Below the pieces are notes generated by a model. It was given only the letters and a program-made list of their open reading frames with translations, made no database searches and was not told the DNA's origin. A DNA stretch of 64,000 nt from Octopus sinensis (taxonomy: Eukaryota): positions 47,616,001 to 47,680,000 of the forward strand of contig NC_043002.1 of assembly GCF_006345805.1 (NCBI RefSeq), in the 5' to 3' direction. Of this stretch, positions 41,950-53,485 are shown in pieces. The stretch's first letter is position 1, and each line of letters begins with the position of its first letter. Both the position numbers and the translations under genes were made by a program.

Positions 41950-43255
41950 ATGAGTGATGAAAGAATTGCAATTCGAGCCGTTTTATGCTACCAGTGGTAA
42001 AAAGGACTGAGGGCAAGAGCAGTATCAAAAAATATTAATGATGTGGTTGGCCCAAAAACTGTCAATGAATGTGTGTCATAAAACTGGTTCAGACGTGTCA
42101 AGGTAGTTGATATCAGTCTCAAAGACAACCAAGGTCAGGGAGACCTTCTTTTGTGGAAGATGAAACCTTGCATGAAATGGCTGAAGTAGAGACAAGCACA
42201 AGGACCCATACATCGTCAGTAAAACTTGATCTTTCACAAAGCACCATCGATCGACACTTCGATAAGCTCAACCTTTTGAACAAATACTGTCCAAGAAATT
42301 TCTGATGAACTGACCAGTGACAAGGCTTAATGACAAGTGAACATTCTGTGGAGGCATATGGCCCAGTGGTTAGAGCAGCGGACTTGCGGTCGAAGTATCA
42401 CGGGTTCGAATCTCAGACTGGGCGACGTGTGTGTTTATGAGCAAAGCACCTAAGCTCCATGCAGCTCCAGCAGAAGGTAATAGTAAACTTCTGCTGACTC
42501 TTTCGCCACAACTTTCTCTCACTCTTTCCTCCTGCATCTTGCAGCTCACCTGCGATGGACTGGCATCCCATCCAGGTGAGGAACCTATACGCCAAGGAAA
42601 CCTGGAAACTGACCCTTATGAGCCAGGCATGGTCCGAGAAGGAACAAACAACAACGAATGAACATTCTGCTAACAACTGCTGGCAAATCCTCAAGATGCT
42701 TGGCTTGGGTATCAAATTATAACTGGGGATGAAAAATGTATATTATTTTTGTAGCTCAAAATAAGAGTTCCAGTCAGGCTTCAGAACCTGCTGTCCAAAA
42801 AGGGTGGTTTCAACAGAAAGTTATGCTGTGTGTTTGGGGGAATTTTGAAGGGGTGTGGCACTTTGAGCTTGTCCCAGATAATCATGCTGTGAATGCTAAT
42901 CTTTATGTTCAACAACTGCAGTGAGTATATAATGCTTTGAAAGCCCACTACTCTATATTGACTAATCTGATGCACACTTCTACAGCATGACAATGCCTCA
43001 GCACACACTGCCAATGTGACCAAGGGCAAACTTGAGGAGCATGAAGGGAGTGGAAGTGCTACTCATCCAGCCTTAAGTCCAGACCTTGCACCATCAGATT
43101 ATTACCTTTTCTGAGCAATGGCTCATTTCTTGCATGGTTCAACAATGTGGATGATGTTGAAAACAGATGCAGGAACTTTTTGCCTTTAAATCAGTTAAAT
43201 GGTATAAACATGAAATTGAGCTTCTGGAGTAAATGGGATATATTTTGATGAATAA
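41950..43255 (+). pseudogene. Mariner transposase pseudogene
   Basis: MSDERIAIRAVL...WFRR...GRP...KVMLCVWGNFEGVWHFELVP...LYVQQL...LQHDNASAH...SPDLAPSDYYLF...YFDE*, with stops and frameshifts; interrupted at 42349-42669. Confidence 0.9.
42349..42658 (+). mobile_element. tRNA-headed SINE with a V/Meta-like central domain, 11-bp TSD
   Basis: Box A tggcccagtgg, box B ggttcgaatc; cctgcgatggactggcatcccatccagg resembles the V/MetaSINE core; (AAC)n tail; TSD tgaacattctg at 42338-42348 and 42659-42669. Confidence 0.88.
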
Positions 43256-43605
43256 ACACATTTAATATATAATTTAACTGAACTATTAATTAAAGCTTTA
43301 AATACAGAAAAACTTTTGACTTAATCTGGTATAAAGGGAGGCTCTTACACCTGTTTCACAAAAATAATGATAAATATATTTACAATGTTAAAAAGAATGT
43401 AATTTCTCAAACAGGATCAGAAGAGACTGTGTAGCTTAGAAGGTTACTGCTCGACATAATTCAAGATAAATCTCACTGTGAAGCAACTTGGTCAAGTGTC
43501 TCCTACAACAGTTTTGGGATGACCAATAATGTGTTAGCAAAATTTCATAAATGAAAGTGAGCATTTTGTATACAAACATATCTGTACATACTTACATACA
43601 TACAA

Positions 43606-43722
43606 ATATATATATATATATATGTGTATGTCTGTATGTATTAAGAGCACAACTTCCATTTACTGAATTATATAAATAAATATGTATATATGTATAAGGT
43701 GCACAGTTTCCATTTGCTAAAT

Positions 43723-43792
<70 letters not shown>

Positions 43793-44207
43793 ACATCAAA
43801 GTTGATAGTCAACTCTGAGATTCACTCTTAGCTGGGCTGTTTATGACAGTTGTGAACAGCCCTGATAATGGTAAGACTTAGAGTAGACAGTCAATTTTGT
43901 TATAATATATATAGGCACAGGCATGTCTGTGTAGTAAGAATCTTGCTTCCCAACACCATGGTTTCAGGTTCAGTCCACTGCGTGGCACCTTGGGAAAGTG
44001 TCTTCTGCTATAGCTTCAGGCCAACCAAAGCCTTGTGAGTAGCGTTGGTAGAGGGAAACTGAAAGAAGCCGGTAGTATATATATATGTATATATATATAT
44101 ATATATATGTGTATGTCTGTATGTATTAAGAGCACAACTTCCATTTACTGAATTATATAAATAAATATGTATATATGTATAAGGTGCACAGTTTCCATTT
44201 GCTAAAT

Positions 44208-44276
<69 letters not shown>

Positions 44277-44580
44277 ACATCAAAGTTGATAGTCAACTCT
44301 GAGATTCACTCTTAGCTGGGCTGTTTATGACAGTTGTGAACAGCCCTGATAATGGTAAGACTTAGAGTAGACAGTCAATTTTGTTATAATATATATAGGC
44401 ACAGGCATGTCTGTGTAGTAAGAATCTTGCTTCCCAACACCATGGTTTCAGGTTCAGTCCCACTGCGTGGCACCTTGGGAAAGTGTCTTCTGCTATAGCT
44501 TCAGGCCAACCAAAGCCTTGTGAGTAGCGTTGGTAGAGGGAAACTGAAAGAAGCCGGTAGTATATATATATGTATATATA
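43606..44580. repeat. Direct tandem duplication, unit 484-485 bp
   Basis: gtgtatgtctgtatgtattaagagcac at 43624 and 44109; ggtag at 44071 and 44556; copies differ only by single-base indels. Confidence 0.95.
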
Positions 44581-44815
44581 TATATATATATATATTTATG
44601 TGTGTCTGTATTCGTGTTTGTCCCCCCACCATCGCTTGACAACTAATGTTGGTGTGTTTACATCCCTGTAACTTAGCAGTTTGGCAAAAGAGACTGATAG
44701 AATAAGTACTCGGCTTACAAAGTATAAGTCCTGGGGTTGATTTCTTCAATTAAAATTCTTTAAGGCAGTGCTCCAGCATGGCTGCAGTCAACTGACTGAA
44801 ACATGTAAAAGAATA
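44398..44815 (+). mobile_element. SINE family A, near full length (5' half duplicated at 43914-44075)
   Basis: Head ggcacaggcatgtctgtgtagtaag...ggttcagtccc, internal (TA)n, tail ...gactgaaacatgtaaaagaata. Confidence 0.9.
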
Positions 44816-45719
44816 TATCTAATCACATTACTCAGCCTATTGAGTTCTAAACCAGATATTGTTTGCACTATGTAAAATATACTGATATAGTCTGATATAT
44901 ATATGTGTGTATGCATATTTGTGAAGGATATCTAATAAAAATACTTATTATTCTGCCCACGTTACATCCCTTTCCCTCAGTGTTAGACTTAGACATATTG
45001 TCCTTATGAAATCTATTAAGTATTTCTTAGAGTAAGAACTGGAACTGATGTAATCAACTAAAATCTCTAAAGTTAGAGCCCCAGAATAGCTGTAGTTTAA
45101 AGACTAACCTCAGTAGAAGCAAAAATAACAGTTAATTTCTGCCAACAAGAGACCTAATAAAAGACATTGCCTTAAAGATTTCTTCACGAAACCACAATAA
45201 AATCCCCCCTTTTCAATCTGAAGAGGTGATAATATCTATACCACAATGTACATTCAAGCAAGAAGGGTTATTTCTCAAACTTATAGTTTAAAATTAATGG
45301 GGGAAATAGTTATTACTCAAGCCAGCAACTGTTTAGAAAATAAACTCTATTCTTCAATAAAAATTGTTCAAATATTAGTCATGCAATATCATGTAAAACA
45401 CTTGTAAACTTGACTGATACTTCACTGGAATATTATATGCATCACTCATATATTTATCGTGTTTATATCTATAAAACAATCTGAGTAACTTATACATTTA
45501 TATAGCTAGAAATACCAGAAAGTGCATGTTTTTGTTGTATGTATGTGTGTACATGCTTTTGTTGTACATATGTGTGTGCATGTCTCTCTCTCTCTCTCTC
45601 TCTCTCTTTCTATACGTATGTATGTCTTTCTATATGTGTGTATATATACAAATATATATATATATGAATACACACACATATATATATATATACACATACA
45701 TACATGTATGCCTGTATAC

Positions 45720-45778
<59 letters not shown>

Positions 45779-45805
45779 TATAGAAGGAGAATTCAAAAAA
45801 AGCAA

Positions 45806-46150
45806 AAGACGAAGACAGATGGTGTAGACAAGAAACAGATGTATTAGTTTAATGCCCAGGAAGTGAAAAAGTCATTAACATTTCGAGCCTATGCTCTTCC
45901 ACAGAAAGAAACAAAGAGAGAAAATAAAGAATGTGTAGTGGCTAGTGATCTATATATATATATGCTTGTATCTATGTGATGTTTAAACTTTAAGGCATTT
46001 AGTGGCTTCAGGTTTCTATTGATATACTTGTATTCAATATAGGCCTTGCTACTGTGAAGTGTTGTAGGTTTTTTCCAGGTTGACATAGATGAGAGGATTT
46101 TGCTTGATGCAATGATTTATCAGTAATTTGTAGCTGATATGGATATCCTT
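45806..46150 (-). mobile_element. Probable Penelope-like element 3' end: GIY-YIG C-terminus remnant plus dead HHR-like motif
   Basis: Minus KAYIEYKYINRNLKPLN resembles the PLE E..YI...KP.LN end. It is followed by CTGTGGA-A-GAGC(atag)GCTC-GAAA-TGTT (45904-45877), which lacks A6. Confidence 0.5.
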
Positions 46151-47029
46151 TGCCAGTTTTACATTATGTAAGATGATGAAGTTTTGAAATTTAAAGATTA
46201 TTTTGATTTTTATTAGTTCCTATTGTCCAACAACTCAGCTTATATATTTTATAAGTGATCGATAAAATTATTAACTTTTTGTTATAACTTCATTGATAAG
46301 TAATAACTACTAAGGTTGGAATTATCCACAGTGGATTACATCTTATGCATCCTTCCAGCAATTATGTGTGTGTGTGTAAATGCACAAGTGTTTTCAATGT
46401 TTTTCTTTTCTTTTTCTCTTTATATTTTCCTCAGTAGTTTTTTTTTCCTTTTTGCATCTTAATCACTAGCATTATTCTGAAAATCAGATCTTGATTTCAA
46501 AATGAGTCCATAAGTGTATTCAAACTACCAGTTAGGCCTCACACAAATTACAGTCAGTCAAAGTTTGGAATATGCACTGTTTTATGTTGTTTCTTTGGTT
46601 TCTCTATATTCAAATGAAGCTTCACCAATATAACTGCCTATCAAAGTAAGTAATACAAATATCAAGAAGAAGCAACACACAATAAACATATCAGCTTCAT
46701 GAATAGATTCAGTTTATGTATGAATTATATCATAGCTTTTATAAAGGCAAACTGTCAACATTAGGAAACAGTAGCAAGTATGGTTACATGTAAATATCTC
46801 CAAAGAAGTACACACACATAACATTCCATTTCAGCAAATCCATATAATCAAAATATTTCTGCAAGTTTATTAACAAAATGAAAAATGCCTACTTGGTACA
46901 TTAAATAGGAATATATATGATCACATTAAGCATTTGTAAATTTCATAATTTTTGAAGCTGAGAATTACCATAAAATATAGCTTTCATGTTCAATGAAAAT
47001 GTCAAAAAAATCCAATATTAAATATATGT

Positions 47030-47235
47030 GGAAAGCAGCATTTTTGCCAGAAACATTAGAGTGCCTGACAAAATGCCTAATGGTTTATATTTATGACCCT
47101 TTACAGTTTGAGTTCAAATCCTGTTCAGGTCAACTTTATCTTTCATCCTGTATGAATAAATAAAATAAAGTGCTAAACAAATATTGGGATTGGTTTATTT
47201 GACTATACTTCCTTCAAAAGTTTGTGATCTTGCAC
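47030..47235 (+). mobile_element. Old SINE family B copy
   Basis: gagttcaaatcc...ggtcaactttatctttcatcct. Confidence 0.65.
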
Positions 47236-48579
47236 CAATGTTATAAATCAAAACTAAATGTGTGAAAGCCAAAGATCAAAATGTAAATTGCTATCCAGCA
47301 CCAGTTTCGATTTTTGATTGAAGATAATTCCTTTCATATATGCCACTAAAGGTCTCTTTAAAGGTGTAGACATCACACATTTCCCTCCTATATTCTGTTG
47401 ATTCATGAACTTATGTTAAACTAGGAAATCAATAGTAAACTAATTAAAGTAATGAAAGATGAATTCCTCTTCATTGCTAAGCATGTCAGCAGTCATCCGA
47501 ATTGTAATTAGAATTAAGGTATAAAGTGGATCTACAATCTGTATAGTGGTCTATATGAAACATGTTTACAATTTAAGATGATAATTTGGATACATTTTAA
47601 GCAGAACAAGTCTTTGAATATTGACCTTCTTCATTTCACCCTTTACAAGCAGTATTTCAACAAATGCCAGTTTATAAATCTTCTATAACTTATGTTTATG
47701 GTTAGATGTACCAATACAAAATATAATTTCCTGGTAATAAGCAAAAGTTTGTAAGTTATCACATTACAAATTCTCTTTAACATCTATCATATTCTTTCCC
47801 AGTTTGTTCATTAATGAATTTAAAATAATGTTGGTACAAGCAAAACCTATGTGTTGTGAACAATGTCTTGATGTGTCCAATGTAAATACTTTAATATAAA
47901 CTACACAGAAAAATGAGCCAAACTTTAAACTAAATTATAATACTTAGATATAAAACTTAGTGAAAGGTACTATAGGTTAATAATACTTTTGTAGTGATAT
48001 TATATACAACTCAGCTTTGAAACTTAGTAAAAAATATTCAAGTTAGTAATGCAAATGGTTAAATACACAACTTCTAATGATATTACTCAACAAATAATTG
48101 ATACATAGATTTCTGTTCTTTCACACAGCACACAATAGTTGTAGAAACATAATCTGATTTAACATATGTGGCACACAAATAAGTTTTAAGATATAAAATA
48201 AGAACTATTTTCCACTTAATGTGAGTGAAAAAATTCTCAAAATCTATAAGCTATAATCTCTTACATGGCTACTCTACAATAAGCAAATCATTTACAATTT
48301 AGAAGAATGCTGAATAATCTGTTTATAATAATTCCTTAATAGTTCAACACCCATTTGAATCTACAAGTTTGTGAAATATTTAAAATGGATTTTCAAATAA
48401 ATGGGCATGTATAAGTAGACATCTAAAGGCAAGGCTACCAATTAGAGCTCAATGTCATTAGGCTAACCAAATATTACACCATAAAAATTCAAAATAGAGA
48501 CATTACAACAGAATGGGAAAAAAATGACTAAACATAGTACATAATAAAATATGAAATAAACTAAGTCTTATTGCATCAC

Positions 48580-48635
<56 letters not shown>

Positions 48636-48637
<2 letters not shown>

Positions 48638-48796
48638 GGAAATAGTCATAAAACCTAGTTTAGTGCAGTTATTAGGGACAGCTAGAATACTTAGGAGAGT
48701 TCTTGGCATTTAAGGTTACTTGTTGTAGCCTGATGTTAGGAATTTTTCATTTCAACAGTCTAATATGTTGTGCGCATATGAAATAATAATAATAAT
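48636..48796 (+). mobile_element. 3' end of an R4/Dong-like (RLE) non-LTR retrotransposon within (AAT)n
   Basis: LLGTARILRRVLGI* (48669-48713), a short 3' UTR and an (AAT)n tail; preceded by (AAT)n at 48580-48635. Confidence 0.75.
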
Positions 48797-48819
48797 GGTT
48801 ATGATTTAAAATTATACCA

Positions 48820-49170
48820 CATGGACGATTTTAAGGGAGAGGTATAGTCAATTATATCCTTTCCACTGCTCACTGCTACATATTTTATCAACCTAAAAGA
48901 ATGAAAAGCAAAGTCGACCTTGGAAGTATTTGAACTTAAAATGTAAAGAGCCATGCTGCTAACTATTTTGTTTGTAGTGCTAATAATTCTATCGGATTGC
49001 TGTAGTTCTTTTAATAATGATGATTATGTAAACTCCTATACTTGATGATACTTTATTTTTCAACCCTGAAAGGATGAAATGCAAATTTGACTGCAGTGGT
49101 ATTTGAAATCAGAGTGAAAAGAGTCAAAAGAAATAACACAAAGCATTTTGTTCAAGGCACTCTGAGATGT
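48820..49170 (-). mobile_element. Two old SINE family B fragments
   Basis: aagaatgaaaagcaaagtcgaccttggaagtatttgaact and gaaaggatgaaatgcaaatttgactgcagtggtatttgaa. Confidence 0.7.
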
Positions 49171-49213
49171 ATGTTTTGTTGCATAGTGAAAGTATGAAAT
49201 ACAAATAAGACTT

Positions 49214-49278
<65 letters not shown>

Positions 49279-49279
<1 letters not shown>

Positions 49280-49807
49280 TCTCATGGCTTCTGATCTTAA
49301 CTGATTGGAAGTGTTATCATGTACATTGTTTTGTCTTGGTATAAAAGATGGGCTACAGCAAATATTCTGCTCAATACCACAGATTTGCTTGTCAGTTGTT
49401 TGACCTTAACCAGTTGAGCATGTCCCTTAGTGGCTGACGATATGTGCATCTCTGATCACGAGCAGAAGTAGTGGGGGAGCATCATAGCCATGTGTTGAGA
49501 GGGATTCTTTGGGGTTTGAATAATTCACCTCTGGAAACATGGGTGTTTCGTTCAACGTCCTTAAACAACCCTTATTCAGGGACCTTTTGAGCGGGATGGG
49601 TTACTCAATCTGAAGAAAATTCTAACTGGGCTCCACCTGCAAGGTCATGTGCTGTTTATCTTGATATGAGATCACCATGTCGCGCACATGTGGTTGTGAT
49701 GCATGTGCCTGGTGTACCCTTATCAGACGGGTAGTCATGATGGGTATACTGGGCTTCGTATATTTTACCCCGGTGTCACTTTGATGGCATGCTCTGCTCG
49801 CTCACTC
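49279..49807. mobile_element. ~530-bp GC-balanced unclassified element embedded in (AAT)n
   Basis: Sharp compositional boundaries with pure (AAT)n on both sides (49217-49278 and 49808-49835); no long ORF; retains CpGs. Confidence 0.7.
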
Positions 49808-49835
49808 AATAATAATAATAATAATAATAATAATA

Positions 49836-50030
49836 AAGAAACTGATGCAAAAAGGACCAAAGAAAGATATAGAGATACTCTGATCATGGCTGTGCATGGA
49901 CATGTGTTAAAGACAAATATTGTTAAATTCAAAATTGTCAGAAATTAGCAAGATTGTTGCATGGTATGTGAAGCTGTTGACCATTTGGTGTGCAGCAGAC
50001 TGTTCACACTGTTTAAGATTCTTACTAGAC
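49836..50030 (+). mobile_element. R4/Dong-like LINE fragment (zinc-knuckle region)
   Basis: RDTLIMAVHGHVLKTNIVKFKI...CEAVDHLVCS resembles the ETEGLIMAAQDQALRTN...ETVDHLVSGC segment of RLE LINEs. Confidence 0.6.
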
Positions 50031-50214
50031 ATTAACTTTACACTATTTTAAATAAAAATTAGTGTTGGTTGCACATAGTAGAGGTATGATTTGTTTTGAC
50101 TGTTATTAAGCTTAATACATTATGTCTTTTGTTATGCTGCACTGGTGATTATGGCAAAGTTGCTGAGGATTAGATGGTGGAGAGGCACAAAAAATGATAA
50201 CAAAGAAACTCCTC

Positions 50215-50360
50215 ATTTTGTTTGGACAACTACTTTATTTATCAATCCTGAAATGATGAAAGGCAAAGCTTACATTAGTAGGATTTGAACTCAAAGAACA
50301 TGGACCTGGAACAAGTAGCCATAAGCTATTTAATCTGATGCTCTGGTGACTATTCAGCAT
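50215..50360 (-). mobile_element. Old SINE family B fragment
   Basis: gatgaaaggcaaagcttacattagtaggatttgaactc. Confidence 0.65.
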
Positions 50361-51228
50361 TAAAACAATATCTTACTAAGATATAACATACCAACTCAGT
50401 AATGAGAAATATAAACAATATGAAAGAGTGGCAGCACAGAGTTTAATCTATCAATACTACTTTCTACTCTTTTATTGAACCTTTTATTATGATTGTTCAT
50501 TACATATTAATGTCATAGAATTAAATATTCCAATTCTAAGAGCACCTCTCATTTATCTATAGGCTTTTACTATAAATGCCATCAGAGATAAATTTAAGGT
50601 GTCAAATTTATTCAGATGGCAAAAAAAATATTCTATATGTTAATAACTAATTCAATAAATAGAGAAATGATGATTATCTATAGTAAAAGGAAATGCTTGA
50701 TGTGATGTTTAAATAAAGAAAGACTAGCACTCACAAAAAGCCAATTCTGAATCCTTGCAACTTGTAAAATAAGACATATAATAAAAGAAGTGATATTGAT
50801 ATAGATGTCCCAAAATCAATAAGGTGTTGCAGAGAAATTTAAACTTAAAAGAAATAATTGATTAGATATATTTCCCTAAGGAGCAAGTTAGGGGTTGTAA
50901 ATGTTATAAATAAGTAGCAAGAATAAATAAAATATGTCTTGTGATATGGGAATAATATCTAACAACCATAGTTTAATATCTATTTTGCAAGCTTACAACC
51001 ATGAAATGGATGATGTTGTGATAGTGTAGCAGAGCTACATAGTAATATGTGAGTCGACCTGCACAGCAGATGAATATATCAATGAGGCATCTAGCTTCAC
51101 TTTGATACACTAGACTTGCTTTGATACAGTAGCCTCGTTCTGAGACACTAGCCTCGTTCTGAGCTACATGGTTTCTCTGCAGCTCCACATGCAATCTCCT
51201 ACATGTGACTCACATGTCCATTCACCCT

Positions 51229-51272
51229 GACACGAGATATATGGTTCGTTTACGAACCATATATCTTGTCTC
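51229..51272. repeat. Hairpin with perfect 15-bp arms
   Basis: agatatatggttcgt-tt-acgaaccatatatct (51235-51266), imperfectly extendable to ~22 bp. Confidence 0.9.
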
Positions 51273-52004
51273 AAAATGACTGTTCTCATTACACACATGC
51301 ATACATACTATAATACAAATATTATATGCTGTCTCTTTTAGTGCAAAAGCAAAAATCAAAACTTTCTTTGTATGTAAACACACATGTTTTTGTACTGTAC
51401 TACATGTTTCCACCAAGGTGAACACAGAATAAACAATATATTTATTCACAAAAATGTCTTATGCTGATTCATACTAACTGTTTTTCCATTAAAATGCTAT
51501 AATTGTTAATGTTGTTGGAAAGAATCATTATATAAATTTTAAAAGCCTTGACACACTGATAATACTGTGTTCACTAAAAATATCTTAAACACTTAAAGCA
51601 GCAAAAATTGATAAAATTAAGTAAATCCCAAAACAAAAATATAGCATAGAGTACCAAGGTTATTTTCATGCAATTAAGAAATTACATTCTAAATGAATGT
51701 TTTACAGAAGACATGAAGTATGAAGTGAGAGACTTAAATAAGCACAAACTCCTCAAAGTTAGTCCTGAAGACTGCCTAACTATAGGAAAATGTGATGGAG
51801 TGGGTTAAAGGTGATATCCTTCCATGAATATATAGAGTTCATAAAACAGCATATATTGAAATATGGAATATGAATAGAACAATATGAAAAACAAAAATCA
51901 GGCACTAATCTTAGCTACAAGTGGATGCAAAAACAGAAAAGACACTGAAATGAGACTTGTGTGTGTTCATACTAATATTCTAGCATTTTAATATATTTTC
52001 AAGG

Positions 52005-52135
52005 AAACTGAGTTCAGATTCTGCCGGATTTGACTTTGCCTTTCATCCAATTGGGGTTGATAAAATAAGTACCAGTTGAGCTCTGGTGTTAATGTAATCG
52101 ACTTTCCCCAAAATTGCTGCCCTTTAGTCAAAGCT
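52005..52135 (+). mobile_element. SINE family B 3' portion
   Basis: gagttcagattctgccggatttgactttgcctttcatcc...gataaaataagtaccagttgag. Confidence 0.8.
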
Positions 52136-53114
52136 TAATATTTTGTCAAGAAAATCAAATTACTTTTTAATGTTGATGTCATAAATAATTACAATAGGAA
52201 GATATTTATAGAACATAAATGAAGGGCAAAACTTTTGCACTTTATAAAGTTTATTTTATTTTGAAGCCACAATTTATGTAGTAAATCACAATGAATTAAG
52301 ATTAGCTCAAGCTTGGTAACTCCAAAATACAAAGAATGAAAACCTGCACCATAACAATGGCGATAAAGATCTGCAAATTTTTAAAGTTTTAAAGTATTTA
52401 AACAAGATAACCATGCCAATAGGCAGATGGCTGGTTCAAACAAATAATACAAAATATTATCAAGAAAACTGTCAGAGGTATATTTGTATACATAAAATAT
52501 AGCTATTTCATCTAAAATTGCAGAGAAGAAAAATCTCTTATGTAAAGATATCTAAATTACAACTCTCCCTAACTTGATGTTCTCATTCAAACCCATGATT
52601 ATGTGTGAATAAAGCATGCATGAATGGTTGAATATATTTATTTCCTTTGTTGTTTCTCACATAGCACATATTAATATGAAGGAAGTTTAGTTAGATATCC
52701 TTCCTGGCATTAAACATGAAATGCTTCACTTATGAAATAAGAGAAACATAATGTATTGATAAGAGCTGCTTCAATGAACACTGTTTTATTTTGGCTTAAT
52801 TTAACTCTTGTAATCTAAACAGAATTAATACTAATTTATCAAGCTGTATGTTTAACTATTGGTACTTGCTCTCATACACATATATATCACACGTATTCAT
52901 ACATATGAACCCATGCATAAATATATAACCACACTAATGTCAATAAGGGAATCTCTATGTGACCATTTGGTTTGCTTAAAAATGGTAGCCAAATATCTCT
53001 CAAATCACAGACTCTAATCTTAAGAAATAAGGAGTAAAGTATTACATAATTCTAAATACACTAACAATAGATTTCCTGCAGATTTGATGAGAATTCATAT
53101 CAGTTGAGCTATAC

Positions 53115-53485
53115 ATGCTTCCCAACCATATAGTTCTGGCTTCAGTGCCACTGCATGTCACCTTGGGCATGTGTCTTCTACTTTGGGACAACCAAAGCCT
53201 TGTGAGTGGATTTGGTAGACGGAAAATAAAAGAAGCTCATTGTATATATCTATATATGTGTGTGTGTGTGCTTGTGTATGTGTGTGTATTTTTTTGAGTC
53301 TGTGATCCCCCCACCCCCATCCCACTTGACAACTGGTGTTGGTGTGTTTATGTCATTGAACTTAGTGATTCAGCAGAAACCAATGGAATAAGTACTGGGG
53401 TCAATTCATTCAAGTAAAAATTCTTCAAAATGGTGCCCCAGTATGGCCACAGTATGATGATTGAAACAATTAAACGATAAAAGAT
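53115..53485 (+). mobile_element. SINE family A, 5'-truncated
   Basis: gcttcccaacc...ccttgggcatgtgtcttcta...ccaaagccttgtgagtggatttggtagacgg...gacaactggtgttggtgtg. Confidence 0.85.

Larger units (their letters stand above)
41771..43329 (+). mobile_element. Full-length decayed mariner DNA transposon with a nested SINE
   Basis: TIRs ccaggttgagtcaaaagttttt and aaaaacttttgacttaatctgg, with TA duplications at 41769-41770 and 43330-43331; ~1.24 kb without the SINE. Confidence 0.92.

Noticed and set aside
42413-43029. Separate ORFs within the mariner region
   Set aside because: Pieces of the transposase pseudogene, its antisense strand, or the nested SINE.
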